NCBI GenBank assembly: GCA_024346625.1
Contig: AP024666.1
Location: forward strand, 1,302,001-1,366,000
Reading direction: 5' to 3'
Source: Williopsis jadinii
Taxonomy: Eukaryota
DNA: 64,000 nt
A model generated the notes under the pieces. The model did not search any database. It saw nothing but the letters and a program-made list of their open reading frames with translations, and was not told the origin of the DNA. This document shows, in pieces, positions 1 through 10,766 of the stretch (within the stretch, counting starts at the first letter, position 1; every line of letters begins with the position of its first letter). Made by a program: the position numbers and the translations under genes.

Positions 1-472
1 GTCACAATGTTTTTTGTTTCTGGTAACGGCATTTGCTTCGTTCTAGGCACCGCTTTGAATCCACAGGCTATGGAGGAGCAGAACACTGCGGATCTTCGAA
101 GGTGCCATGGACGTGACTTGGAGCTCACACACCACCGAGCCGTACGTGGAGACCTCTCTTTACACACAAACCATACGGTCACGATACGCTTGGTGGCTGC
201 TGGAGCACACAGCGCTTAGCGCTGTGCTCTCTCCTTCTCCGTCGTGAAGGTAAACAATGGAAGTAAACAGTGGAAGAAGCTGGAAAAATTTTCGGCTTTT
301 TATACCCGAGCTCTGCCATTCCGCCGCCGGTAAAATTACACCGCGGCGGAGGCTACGCTTAGGGCTTATTGCGGGAAGCCATAACCTCGTTCTAATTCAT
401 CAAGGAAGAGCGATCCTGACTAGTGAAAAGGCTCAATTGGTGAGATATACAGTCAGCTGAACGCAGTCGAAC

Positions 473-2686
473 ATGGCACCTGCTCCTCCTCCGCCTCCTC
501 CGCCGCCACCTGCGCCGTCACTGGGCAGTGGTGCTCCAGCACCAGCTCCCCCTGCTGCGGCCATGGCTGGTAGGGATGCGCTACTGGGTGATATCAGAAA
601 GGGCAAATCGCTGAAGAAGGTTGAAACTGACGATAGATCCAAGCCCAAGCTTGGTGGCTCGTCGTCGTCGTCATCTGGTGGTGGTCTGGGGATGGCGATG
701 GCAGCGCCACAGCTGCCTACACAGAGGCCTGGCTCCAGTGCACCACCTGTCCCTGTAGGAGCTCCACAGCTGGGGGACATCTTTGCCGGGGGTATGCCGA
801 AGCTGAGACACCGTGAAGCTGCCAGTCTGGGCCAGCAGCCCAGTCACGATGCCCCTGCGACGCCATCGATGCCATCGTCCAGGCCAAAGAGATCAAGCGG
901 CGTACCATCTGCTCCTTCAATCCCTACATCAAGTGTGCCGTCGATACCTAGCGCAGCACCACCAATCCCAGGCTCTGCGCCGCCTATACCTTCGATGTTG
1001 AACGTTCCCTCACAGACACATGCGAGAACACCTTCTTCAGGCTCGGTGGCGTCTCACCAGGCGCCTCCGCCTATTTCTTCAAGGCCACCGCCTATACCAG
1101 GAGCTGCTCCTCCGCTGCCGAACACAGCGATCCCTTCAGTACCATCAGTGCCAACTACGAGACCTCATAGAAAGGCTCCTAGCATCAGCTCTCCTCCTCC
1201 ATCACTGCCTGGGCTGAGTGCACCTTCGATTCCATCTGCTCCGGCTCCACCACCTTTACCAAGCTCAAATGCTCCAGCTCCACCACCTTTACCAAGCTCA
1301 AATGCTCCTCCTGCTCCACCATTACCAGGTAACAGTGCTCCACCTGCTCCTCCCGCTCCTCCTGCTCCTCCTGCTCCAGCACCACCTGCGAGCTCCTCAT
1401 CTCAGAGTAAAGCTGCTCCACCTGCTGGCGCATTCGCCTTCCTCGCCGACATCCAGAAGAAGAGAGATGATTCATACGTCGTGGACTCGGTGCCTTCAAA
1501 CTTTTCAGCTGCAAATCAAGCACAGTCTACCACTGATGAACCACTGAAGTCGACATCTAGTGCACCGAGTGTGCCTAATGTACCAAGTGTGCCTAGTCCA
1601 CCTGCACCAACTGGTAATCCATTGGCTGATGCACTGGCTGCTAGATTTGCAAAGAACAAGAAGGCAGAAGCTCCAACAACTGTGGCAGCACCTATTCCTT
1701 CAGTTTCGTCGAAGAGTCCATCGCCTGCTCCTGCTGTCCCACCACCGCTTCCATCGATGCATGCTCCACCTGCTCCACCTGTGCCATCAATTCCAACGTC
1801 ATCAGCACCACCAATACCTTCCTTGCCAAAGACATCAGCACCACCACCACCACCACTACCTACATCTTCACTATCACCAGCAGCAGTGCCACCTGCTCCA
1901 CCTGCTCCACCTGCTCCACCTGCTCCACCACCTATGACTGCACCTTCTGCTCCAGCTTCTAAGTCTTCCTCAGCTGCACCGCTTGCCGGTGGGCTGCCTT
2001 TCCTCGCAGAGATCAACTCCAAGAGGGATGACAGGTTTGTTGTCGATAATGCTAATGGTGACAGTTCAGGCTCCAATTCACACTCTGCACCATCAATTCC
2101 ATCAATTCCATCAGCGAAGGCACCCTCCATCCCTAGTGCACCACCACCACCACCTTCATTGCCGCACTCAAGTCCACCACCTGCTCCATCGTTACCTTCC
2201 ATGCTTGATACTTCAATGTTGACTCCACACATGCCAGAATCTACTGCTCCACCATTGCCAAACACATCTGCCCCATCTGCACCAACACCACCTACAGCAG
2301 CTCCCTCTATGCCATCTCCATCGCCTGTTTCAAAGCCTCCACCTCACGTTCCAACCTCAACCAAGCCTACATTGTCATCTACCAAGGCTGCGCCACCTCC
2401 ACCACCAACAACTTCCTCGTCACATTTCAAGCACCGTCTCTTCTCCAGTGAGGCCAGCTCAAGCCCGACAGCAGTGGCACCTACAGCAGAGGCCAAGATC
2501 GACGTTTCCAGTTACACCATTAACACGCACGGTAACAGCAACAGCCGTGTTGTTATCAACGATTCAAGTTTCAAATTTGTTAATCAGAACGACTTGCCGA
2601 AACCTCGCCAGTTTGTTGGTAAACAGAAGCTGTATCCTAGTGGTAGAGGATCCTCTGTTCCTCTGAACCTTTCGCTCTTCACTTGA
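473..2686 (+). CDS. VRP1: Verprolin (WIP homolog), proline-rich actin regulator
   Basis: 737-aa proline-rich ORF; WH2 motif GRDALLGDIRKGKSLKKVETDDRS; APQLGDIFAGGMPKL; C-terminal Las17-binding segment DSSFKF...LPKPR...KLYPSGRGSSVPLNL. Confidence 0.95.
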   Translation: MAPAPPPPPPPPPAPSLGSGAPAPAPPAAAMAGRDALLGDIRKGKSLKKVETDDRSKPKLGGSSSSSSGGGLGMAMAAPQLPTQRPGSSAPPVPVGAPQLGDIFAGGMPKLRHREAASLGQQPSHDAPATPSMPSSRPKRSSGVPSAPSIPTSSVPSIPSAAPPIPGSAPPIPSMLNVPSQTHARTPSSGSVASHQAPPPISSRPPPIPGAAPPLPNTAIPSVPSVPTTRPHRKAPSISSPPPSLPGLSAPSIPSAPAPPPLPSSNAPAPPPLPSSNAPPAPPLPGNSAPPAPPAPPAPPAPAPPASSSSQSKAAPPAGAFAFLADIQKKRDDSYVVDSVPSNFSAANQAQSTTDEPLKSTSSAPSVPNVPSVPSPPAPTGNPLADALAARFAKNKKAEAPTTVAAPIPSVSSKSPSPAPAVPPPLPSMHAPPAPPVPSIPTSSAPPIPSLPKTSAPPPPPLPTSSLSPAAVPPAPPAPPAPPAPPPMTAPSAPASKSSSAAPLAGGLPFLAEINSKRDDRFVVDNANGDSSGSNSHSAPSIPSIPSAKAPSIPSAPPPPPSLPHSSPPPAPSLPSMLDTSMLTPHMPESTAPPLPNTSAPSAPTPPTAAPSMPSPSPVSKPPPHVPTSTKPTLSSTKAAPPPPPTTSSSHFKHRLFSSEASSSPTAVAPTAEAKIDVSSYTINTHGNSNSRVVINDSSFKFVNQNDLPKPRQFVGKQKLYPSGRGSSVPLNLSLFT

Positions 2687-2800
2687 TGGTTCGCCACATG
2701 TTATCCGTGTACTCGTCATCCTACGTACTTGTCATCATATGTACTTTTATTTCTATCTGTATATACACGGTTGTAGGCATCCACGGGGTGTACGTAATCA

Positions 2801-3428
2801 TCAGCATCTGTCATCACCCCAGCCATCTTTCCACCTCTGTTTCCAAAGCTGGCAGTCAAACTTGGGCTTGCCAAGTTTGGCATTCACCTCATTATGGGCA
2901 TCGCATAGCCATCTGCCAAACTCCTCCTGTGTTTGAACCTTTGGCTTCTCCTCGGCAATGAACTTTTGGAAGTCCTTTGCACAGAACCAGCATGGATAGA
3001 GCTTTGCAAACAGCCCTATGAACTGCGTCATATCACGCTGTTGCTCCTGTGTCGGTGCTTCTGGGTACTTAGCAGCCATCGAGTGCAACAGAGTCCACGA
3101 TGATCTTCCCAGCACCTCAACATCTGGAGGACAGTCCTTCGCATACTCGCTGGCATCACTGGCTGGTGCAGCAGCAGCCTGGGATATGGCTCCCATTGCA
3201 GCAGCCATGCCACCAGCACCTTTGGAAGCCGCTGGAGATGGCATACCCATGGCGGACTTGAAATCAAGCAAAGTGTTACACGAACGACACCTTGAAACCA
3301 ACGGTTAGCAACCAGAAGATACAATAAGAAGCGGAATAAAAGGCAAATCACGGAACTCACGGCTTGCCATTCTCGTCGTACACGATTTTACGACCAGAAG
3401 GCCCTATCTCGACCCTTTCAGCGCCCAT
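2801..3428 (-). CDS. ERV1: Mitochondrial IMS FAD-linked sulfhydryl oxidase, 2 exons (3428-3361, 3290-2801), 185 aa
   Basis: Spliced product MGAERVEIGPSGRKIVYDENGKPCRSC...CPPDVEVLGRSSWTLLH...YPCWFCAKDF...WLCDAHNEVN; intron 3360-3291 with GTGAGT donor, TGCTAAC branch and AAG acceptor. Confidence 0.95.
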
Positions 3429-3505
3429 ATTGGTGGTTTCTTCGCCTACTCCAAGGGTAGATGAGGTGATTTGTAAGGTGGCGAGGGAGAAATTGGCCGG
3501 GCACA

Positions 3506-3667
3506 GGCAGAAGCCACCGGGCAGAGCCACCGGGCACAGGCCGCCAGGCAGAGCCACCAGGCAGAGCCACCGGGCAGAGCCACCAGGCAGAGCCACCGGG
3601 CAGAGCCACCAGGCAGAGCCACCAGGCAGAGCCACCAGGCAGAGCCACCAGGCAGAGCCACCAGGCA
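3506..3667. repeat. 13-bp minisatellite GGCAGAGCCACC(A/G), 12 copies, in the ERV1/CIN4 divergent promoter
   Basis: Read directly; two copies are 14-bp variants. A 9-bp repeat (GCCATCTAC x3) follows at ~3724-3750. Confidence 0.95.
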
Positions 3668-3765
3668 CACGGAGACAAAGTTTCTCCGTCCAGGCTCGTT
3701 CAACATGGCGCTAGGCAACAACAGCCATCTACGCCATCTACGCCATCTACGCCAGCGCAAAGGAG

Positions 3766-4371
3766 ATGGGACTGCTCACTGTTATAAGGAAACAGAAGCT
3801 GAAGGACAGGGAGCTTCGCGTGCTGCTCTTGTGAGTGCTTTGTTGTGCCCCGTTGTGGGGGAGAGAAAGGGCATGGTCTAACATCACAGTGCTTAGAGGG
3901 CTCGACAACGCGGGCAAGTCCACCATCGTGAAGAGGATACTGAACCAGCCCACGGCGTCGCTGACGCCGACCATGGGGTTTGAGATCACGAGCGTGTCGT
4001 TTGGAGAGCACAATCTGAACATTTGGGACGTTGGTGGGCAGCAGACCCTACGGTCGTTCTGGTTCAACTACTTCGATCAACTAGATGCGCTTGTGTGGGT
4101 CATCGACGCCAGCCAGCTCGACAGACTACATGAGGTCTTCAGAGAGCTCTACACGGTGCTACAGAACGAAAGGGTCCACGGCGTCAAACTGCTCATCTTG
4201 CTCAACAAGATCGACCTCGTCAACACAGGCCTTGAAGATCTGACATCGACCGTTATCAAGGAGTTAGAACTCGACTCGTACGGGCCCCGCGAGGAGAAGT
4301 GGCAAATCATCCAGTGCAGTGCCATCACCGGCGAAGGCATACACCAGGGCCTGGAGTGGCTTACCTCATGA
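3766..4371 (+). CDS. CIN4: ARL2-family small GTPase (tubulin folding), 2 exons (3766-3830, 3897-4371)
   Basis: Spliced MGLLTVIRKQKLKDRELRVLLLGLDNAGKST; WDVGGQ, NKID and CSA motifs; intron 3831-3896 GTGAGT...TCTAAC...TAG. Confidence 0.92.
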
Positions 4372-4678
4372 TGCCCCCTGGGGTTATAGAACAGCTCTCA
4401 TTCTCGTCATCACCTCTTAACCGTAGACCAGTGTTACTGCTTCGCTTGTAGGCGGCGTTCTGACGATTACGCACCCGACCCTCAAGGTGCGTAACTCTCA
4501 GAACAGCCTGCCTCCGCCCTGTAGAGAAAGATCTTCGCTCCCCCTGGCTCGCTTATCAGTTGTGCCTCAGGCAGAAGAAGAATACACTTCAATCAACATC
4601 CGTGACTGTTGTCTCTGCCTTCATCTACCGCAACCAACGCTTTGTTTACCACTGCCCAGCACCCCCTGACCCCATCAG

Positions 4679-6592
4679 ATGGCATCCATTCCACGAAACA
4701 TCGACACGTCCAGCAGGAACTCGCCAGCTCATCCAGTTGGGTCCCATTCTTCGGGCCAGCTCCACCATGGAGCCTCGTTCAACTCGAGAAGGCTCAGCAT
4801 GGCACGGTTGGGCTCGCCTGTGCTGGACGATTCTAACAACATGAGCCCGCGGCCACGGTCCTTCGTCGCTGCGAACTCTTCCATGAGTGCTAGGCTGCAC
4901 GATAACTCACAGCACTCGTCATACTCGAGCAACCACGTCTTTGTTGATCCACGTCACCCCGACTTTACATCAAATGAGCTTGAGGCGAAGAACATACACG
5001 AGCAGACGTCAGCGTACTTCAGCAAGGAGTCTCTTTCACACGAGGGCGACGACATCACGCATAACTTGAAGAAGAATCGAAGAGACACCAACCAGAGTGT
5101 GAGAAGAAACCGATCTCTGAGCGACCTTGTTGAAGGGAGAAGAGGGTCAAGTGCCAGCGCACTGAACGTTCCTGGAGGATTCAGAAGGGAGTTCATCGTT
5201 AAAAGGGCGCGTCAGAAGGCCATTCTGAACGACGAGGAGCTCAAGAAGGTTCCCTTCTTGACCAAGAACTTCATGGAGTTCCTGTACATCTACGGTCATT
5301 TTGCAGGTGAAGAATTTGACGATGATTTCGATTGGGATCATAGTGGCGAGTCGGAAGTTGTGGAGGGCATCGACGAGTCCACGCCGCTGGTTGGACAACA
5401 TCAAGCTCCCGTTGCTTACGAGGCTAAGGGTACAACCTCGACTCTGAAGGCATTCCTCATCATGCTCAAGGCATTCGTAGGAACCGGTGTTCTCTTTTTG
5501 CCAAAGGGATTCTCCAACGGTGGATTGCTCTTCAGCATTGCAATGCTTGGTGTATTTGGCGTGTACTCTTACTGTTGCTATTACCTGCTCGTGCTTTCCA
5601 AAAATGCTGCAAAGGTTTCGTCATTTGGTGATATCGGTGCAAAGTTCTGCGGAGGCTGGATGAAGAAACTCATCTTGTTCTCTTTGATCTTGACTCAGGT
5701 TGGTTTTGCAGGTGCTTATATCATCTTCACCACTGAAAACCTGTGTGCATTCACGAGAAACGCACTGCATGTGGATATATCACCAGGTGCGTTCTTTATC
5801 TTACAAACACTGATATTCATACCGTTGTCATTCATCAGAAACGTTTCCAAGCTGTCATTAACTTCACTGTTGGCAAACTTCTTCATCTTGTCAGGATTGC
5901 TCATTGTTCTCTACTTCACGTCAACTGAAATCATCTATAACGGTGTTAAGCCCATTGAACTCTTCATCAACGAATCCGAGTTCTCGCTCTTCATCGGAAC
6001 TGCAATCTTTGCATTCGAAGGCATTGGACTCATCATACCTATCCAAGACTCCATGCGTCATCCAGAGAAGTTCCCACTGGTGCTTGCTTTGGTGCTCATC
6101 ACCATTACAATCATCATGGTTGGAATCGCAACCATTGGCTATCTGGCATACGGTGAAGATATCCAAACTGTGATTCTTCTGAACCTACCACAGTCGAACT
6201 TCTTTGTCCAGTTGATCCAATTCTTCTATTCCCTGGCGATTCTGCTCTCTACACCACTACAGATATTCCCCGTGGTGGGCTTAATTGAGAGGTTGATATT
6301 CAACAGATCCTCAGGAAAGACCAATGCACGGGTCAAATGGTTCAAGAATTTACTCCGTACCTGTATCGTTCTATTCACTGTGAACATCGCCTGGTTTGGA
6401 GCGAAGAACTTGGATAAGTTTGTTAGTTTCATCGGCTGCTTTGCATGCATTCCATTGGTCTACATGTACCCACCAATGCTCCATCTCCAAGGTGTTGCGA
6501 AAGGTTGGAGCGCAAAACTTGGTGATGTTGTATTGATCTGTGTTGGATTCTGCTCGATGTCCTACACCACATACCAGATCATCTTTGGATGA
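4679..6592 (+). CDS. AVT4: Vacuolar neutral amino-acid exporter (AVT3/AVT4 family)
   Basis: PGGFRREF, VPFLTKNFMEFLYIYGHFAGE and KGTTST...LKAFVGTGVLFLP motifs, plus a multi-TM Aa_trans domain; closer to Avt4 than Avt3 as remembered. Confidence 0.85.
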   Translation: MASIPRNIDTSSRNSPAHPVGSHSSGQLHHGASFNSRRLSMARLGSPVLDDSNNMSPRPRSFVAANSSMSARLHDNSQHSSYSSNHVFVDPRHPDFTSNELEAKNIHEQTSAYFSKESLSHEGDDITHNLKKNRRDTNQSVRRNRSLSDLVEGRRGSSASALNVPGGFRREFIVKRARQKAILNDEELKKVPFLTKNFMEFLYIYGHFAGEEFDDDFDWDHSGESEVVEGIDESTPLVGQHQAPVAYEAKGTTSTLKAFLIMLKAFVGTGVLFLPKGFSNGGLLFSIAMLGVFGVYSYCCYYLLVLSKNAAKVSSFGDIGAKFCGGWMKKLILFSLILTQVGFAGAYIIFTTENLCAFTRNALHVDISPGAFFILQTLIFIPLSFIRNVSKLSLTSLLANFFILSGLLIVLYFTSTEIIYNGVKPIELFINESEFSLFIGTAIFAFEGIGLIIPIQDSMRHPEKFPLVLALVLITITIIMVGIATIGYLAYGEDIQTVILLNLPQSNFFVQLIQFFYSLAILLSTPLQIFPVVGLIERLIFNRSSGKTNARVKWFKNLLRTCIVLFTVNIAWFGAKNLDKFVSFIGCFACIPLVYMYPPMLHLQGVAKGWSAKLGDVVLICVGFCSMSYTTYQIIFG

Positions 6593-6697
6593 TTCTTTCA
6601 GTTCACTTTATCAGCGTCATATTTAAATCATATCTGCATTCTCTCTTACTTTAATACTACTTAATAAATTACACTGGCCAGTTGCTCTTCTACTTCC

Positions 6698-7885
6698 TCA
6701 CAGCTTTGAAACCTTGATAAGCTTGTAAGCAAACTCGCCCACCAATGGAAACAACAAGCTTGTTTGCTTGGCCTGTGCAGAGCTCGCAATGCCCTTCTCC
6801 ACTCTCTGTGCTATACCCTGACATATAACACCAACCCTGTACAGTCCAAACACTGTGCCAACTTTCCAATATTGTTCTGGGTCCCATCTCCAAGCAACAG
6901 GACTTTTACGCAGACCAGATCTGTAAAGACCCAGGACTTTTGAAACTAGTTCTGGATCTTGTTTGATGTCGAATTTGGAAAAGGCCAGGTTCATTTCAGG
7001 TGTCATCATAAAGGGCTGTAGGAGGTTACTCAGGTCAAACAATGGATGTCCCATGGTACACAGCTCCCAGTCCAAAACAGCGATAACTCGCGGTTCTGTT
7101 GGATGGAATACTAAGTTATCAATCTTGAAATCGCCATGGATCAGGGTGCTATGAGGTGGATCCTCTGGACCGTACTTCAGTAACCATTGGGATAGCTCAT
7201 CGAAATGCGGTATCGGTTTCACAGTTTCTGACTGTAGTTGCTGAATCTTGGAAAGTGATTTAACCTGTCTTGCGAAGTAGCCAGCTGAAGACTGTTTAGA
7301 CCTGGACGCCGGCTTTCTGAAATGCTTCTCAGGAAGCTCGTCAAACAGTCTCTCAGCATTGACTGAGTGTATAGCCAGTGCAACGTCCACAACAGAGTGC
7401 CAGATGGCATCTCTCTCCGCCTCATCCTTGAGGACACTGAGGGACGGATCGTGAAAGATACGGCCTTTTACAAACTCCATCACGTAAAACACAGCACCCA
7501 CGTACTGTTCATCTTCGCATAGAAAGTAAGGCCGTGCAATTGGTACAGAGGAGCCACTTGTCTTGAGTATCGCATCCAGCATGTAAAACTCACGCTCTAT
7601 AGCATGTGCGGTCTTTGAAATCAGCTTTGCATTCGAAGACGGCTTCTTCCTCAACACCGCCTTCTTCCCATCCGCATCAGTCAGCAGATAAGTCGGATTG
7701 GATTGTCCAAACTTGAACTGCTCGATGCTCAGTGGAGCCCTCAGCGGACTCCATGCTGTGCCATAGCCCAAGTGCACGCCTCTTGGTGGTTTGGAGTTGT
7801 TGCTCAGCAACCTGTCCAGCGCGCTGGTGTCTAGCGGCGAACGTACAGGCCCAATATCCTGTTCAGTATCAACAACGTGTGCCAT
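6698..7885 (-). CDS. APH-fold phosphotransferase, stand-alone ACAD10/ACAD11 kinase-like domain with PTS1
   Basis: QFKFGQSNPTY, AHAIEREF, LIHGDFKIDNLVFHP, AVLDWELCTMGHP; C-terminal SKL. Confidence 0.85.
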   Translation of the reverse strand: MAHVVDTEQDIGPVRSPLDTSALDRLLSNNSKPPRGVHLGYGTAWSPLRAPLSIEQFKFGQSNPTYLLTDADGKKAVLRKKPSSNAKLISKTAHAIEREFYMLDAILKTSGSSVPIARPYFLCEDEQYVGAVFYVMEFVKGRIFHDPSLSVLKDEAERDAIWHSVVDVALAIHSVNAERLFDELPEKHFRKPASRSKQSSAGYFARQVKSLSKIQQLQSETVKPIPHFDELSQWLLKYGPEDPPHSTLIHGDFKIDNLVFHPTEPRVIAVLDWELCTMGHPLFDLSNLLQPFMMTPEMNLAFSKFDIKQDPELVSKVLGLYRSGLRKSPVAWRWDPEQYWKVGTVFGLYRVGVICQGIAQRVEKGIASSAQAKQTSLLFPLVGEFAYKLIKVSKL

Positions 7886-8315
7886 TGTATTATCAAAGTC
7901 CTGGACTCACTACCACTCAAAATCACCACCATCAAAGGCTCCTCTGCCGTCATTATATACGCTTCTGAAGCGTCTCCATGGTGATCATAATTGCTGAGTT
8001 CATCCTCGGTTTGTGGAGTTGTTTACCCCACAGAAAAAGAAAACAATGCGTGAAAATTGCGAGCGGGCATATAAAGAGCTGACCAATCAGGAAGCAGAAC
8101 AAGCCATAACCACACGCTAATTACTACAGCTTCGGATAGAGACTTAAACAAACGAGCGTGTATATAATGATTAATATTGAACTGAAAAAAAAACATTGAG
8201 AAAAACAACATATTGAAGGGAACAACAGCAGTAGAGCATAGCAAACAAAGGGTAATGTATCCAGGGTCATTAGAAGTCATCAAGTCGTTATATCTATGGA
8301 GAACCACTAGCTAGC

Positions 8316-10334
8316 TTATAGCTGGTGATCGCTCTCATCGTCATCAAAGTGATGTCCGAACTCCATATCGTTTATGAGAAAGACGTCATCATTGGCGTCC
8401 GAGATATGGCTGGAGACTGGCTGGTCGAATCCCTCTATCAGTCCCAGCTGGTTCTTCTCGTCCGCGTTGGAAGATGATGATGACGACGACGTTGATATAA
8501 TCCTAGACCCCAGGATTGGAGACCCCAGGGGTGTGTTGTTTTGGCTCTTACACTTCCGTGTGATGTCAAACTCCAGTCGCTTTGCAACTTTATCGTTCTC
8601 CATTCTGATCTGTGGACGTGGCTGCTTCTTCTTCTTCACGCTTGTTTGCGTTGCCCTCATCTCCAACCTCTGTACTTCCTGGGGCTCCAATCCTCCAGAA
8701 CAGATGTTTCTAGCCCTGTGTCTGAAGAGCGCATCTTGCCTCGAGAATTTCTTACCACAGTCGCATCTGAAGGCAAACTCCTCGTGGATCTTGTGGTGTC
8801 TTGTCAAGTCGTGGAGTCGTACAAATGCCTTGTTGCAGCCTTCATGCTCACACACAAAGGGTCTATCGCAGAGGTGTGTTTGAACGTGTGATCTCACGTT
8901 ATACCGCCTGGTGAACTTCTTTCCACATCCTTTGTAGTTACAGACGTACCGCTTATCCTCTAATGGACCGCTGATGTAAAGGTCGATCTCGCCAGGAGGC
9001 AACGTTGACGCCTTATCTTGTGTCTTCCTTTGTAGCATTGAAGACTTGTCACTGGTAACCACGGGTCTCCATGATAATCCTTTCTTCGGTGATGGTGTAA
9101 ACGTAGCCTGTGAGCCTAACGTTGGTGAAGGCGTCTTGGGTACTGTTATTACAAACTCGGATTCTGGTTGTTGATCCACTCCGTTGTTGAGGTCAACCAT
9201 CAGACCCAGTCCAGTGGCAGGCGCCTTTGTATGTATAAAAGTTGATGGTTTTAGTGGTGATGGCATGCCATTCTGATCAAGGGCCGGCACGGTTATGTTT
9301 CGCTTGATTGGAGATGGAATCGAATGGTTAACACTCGCAATCTCTGAAAAGGTGGGACTTGGTTCCCTTGAGTTGAAATCTGTAGCAGTGCTTGCCTCAG
9401 AACTGGAGCTGGACGCTGCCACTGTCTGTGAGCCATCACGGTCTTCTCTTGGGCGGGGTGGACCGTTATGAATGAATTTGTCCAGTTCATAGTTCAAGAA
9501 GTTATCCATCGAAGCACCATCCGTATTCTTGATCATACTTGTCAGTTTTCTTAGATACTCCACAGGGACCTCGACGGTCTTTGGTTTCTCCTGAACCAAA
9601 GGTGCCATTTTAGGAGGTGCAGTCCATCCAGAGTTTCTCATTGGGAACTTGTACTGATTTGGTTGATTGCCTGTTATGTAGAAATCATCATCCGGTCGTC
9701 TTCCTGGGGAGATATGTCCCATATTTGATCTTTGTGAGTGTGGAGGTTGCTGACTTAACTGTGTATGTGGTGGTTGTTGACTTAACTGTGCGTGTGGTGG
9801 CTGAGGTGTTTGTAAAGGCTGAGAGCAAGGTGGTGCCTGGAAAGTCGATGGTGGTTGAGGTGGATACAACTGTGGTTCGTACATTCCAAAAGTAGGGCCT
9901 CTCTGATCCTCATATGGTCTATATGATGCCTCAAATTCACCAGGAGATGCAAACAACACTGGTTCTTGCTTTGCAAATGGTGGAGGTGGCTGCTTGAAGG
10001 CATATTGGCCAGGTGCCGCCATTTGTCTTGGTTCGACTTGAGACTTGGACATATCGATACCTGGAATCGATAATACTTTGTTATGATTTGCAAATCCAAA
10101 GATCGCAGTCCCGCTAGGCTGCTTCTTATGTCCCATGTTCATATGTCCAGCATATGGATTCGAATAGGTCTGTGATGGACCCATGGGGATATCAAGATCC
10201 TGGAGGGTGTTAAGAGTCTGTTGAATCAGATCATCAACTTCACTGAATCCAAACTCATTCTCGGAATAGTCGGTGTTGGTTAGTCGATTTATCCCCTGCG
10301 CTGGGCCGGACCATGCTTGGTTGTATGCACTCAT
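8316..10334 (-). CDS. ACE2: Ace2/Swi5 C2H2 zinc-finger transcription factor
   Basis: N-terminal Cbk1/NES segment HKKQPSGTAIFGF; LPPGEIDLYI followed by C2H2 fingers (FTRRYNVRSHVQTHL, FVRLHDLTRH, FSRQDAL). Confidence 0.92.
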   Translation of the reverse strand: MSAYNQAWSGPAQGINRLTNTDYSENEFGFSEVDDLIQQTLNTLQDLDIPMGPSQTYSNPYAGHMNMGHKKQPSGTAIFGFANHNKVLSIPGIDMSKSQVEPRQMAAPGQYAFKQPPPPFAKQEPVLFASPGEFEASYRPYEDQRGPTFGMYEPQLYPPQPPSTFQAPPCSQPLQTPQPPHAQLSQQPPHTQLSQQPPHSQRSNMGHISPGRRPDDDFYITGNQPNQYKFPMRNSGWTAPPKMAPLVQEKPKTVEVPVEYLRKLTSMIKNTDGASMDNFLNYELDKFIHNGPPRPREDRDGSQTVAASSSSSEASTATDFNSREPSPTFSEIASVNHSIPSPIKRNITVPALDQNGMPSPLKPSTFIHTKAPATGLGLMVDLNNGVDQQPESEFVITVPKTPSPTLGSQATFTPSPKKGLSWRPVVTSDKSSMLQRKTQDKASTLPPGEIDLYISGPLEDKRYVCNYKGCGKKFTRRYNVRSHVQTHLCDRPFVCEHEGCNKAFVRLHDLTRHHKIHEEFAFRCDCGKKFSRQDALFRHRARNICSGGLEPQEVQRLEMRATQTSVKKKKQPRPQIRMENDKVAKRLEFDITRKCKSQNNTPLGSPILGSRIISTSSSSSSSNADEKNQLGLIEGFDQPVSSHISDANDDVFLINDMEFGHHFDDDESDHQL

Positions 10335-10766
10335 GACTGGACAATGGTTCTATGAGTTTCTCAAGGTGAAGTATAGATGGCTCGTCCAGTTCAAAGTAAG
10401 ACGTCTCTTTGTCTTGCTCTCTCTCCTGAGTTTCAATGAACACGTTTTCTCCCTGTTCCCGTTTGAGCCTGCTCTCACAAATACTCCTATTAAATACGCT
10501 GTAATCTGCCTCTGTTATACGTCCTCAGAGAAATACGTTTCTCTACTGACAAGTCCTGGGATATCAACAATAGTACTTCCGTCAAGTTTGAACTATCCGT
10601 TCTAGAGCTTTCCAAGGTGTTTGACCCTTTATTTGACGACTTAGGTGTAGTTTGTTCTTTCTTTGAAGACTTGATGGAAGTTCGTACATGATGAAATCGC
10701 ACACAACTTGGGCAGAAAAGATTTAAAAATGCATGAGGCTCGATAAATGCATGCAATTCACTTGTG

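Noticed and set aside
1..472. Short ORFs at the left edge, including a - strand ATG at 32 running off the window
   Set aside because: Too little sequence and no recognisable motif.
3506..3667. CRISPR-like or telomeric array interpretation of the tandem repeats
   Set aside because: No unique spacers, eukaryotic context, and an internal position between housekeeping genes.
3357..3760. Overlapping repetitive ORFs (PGGSAWWLCLVAL...)
   Set aside because: Translations of the stop-free 13-bp minisatellite; only 3428-3361 is the real ERV1 exon.
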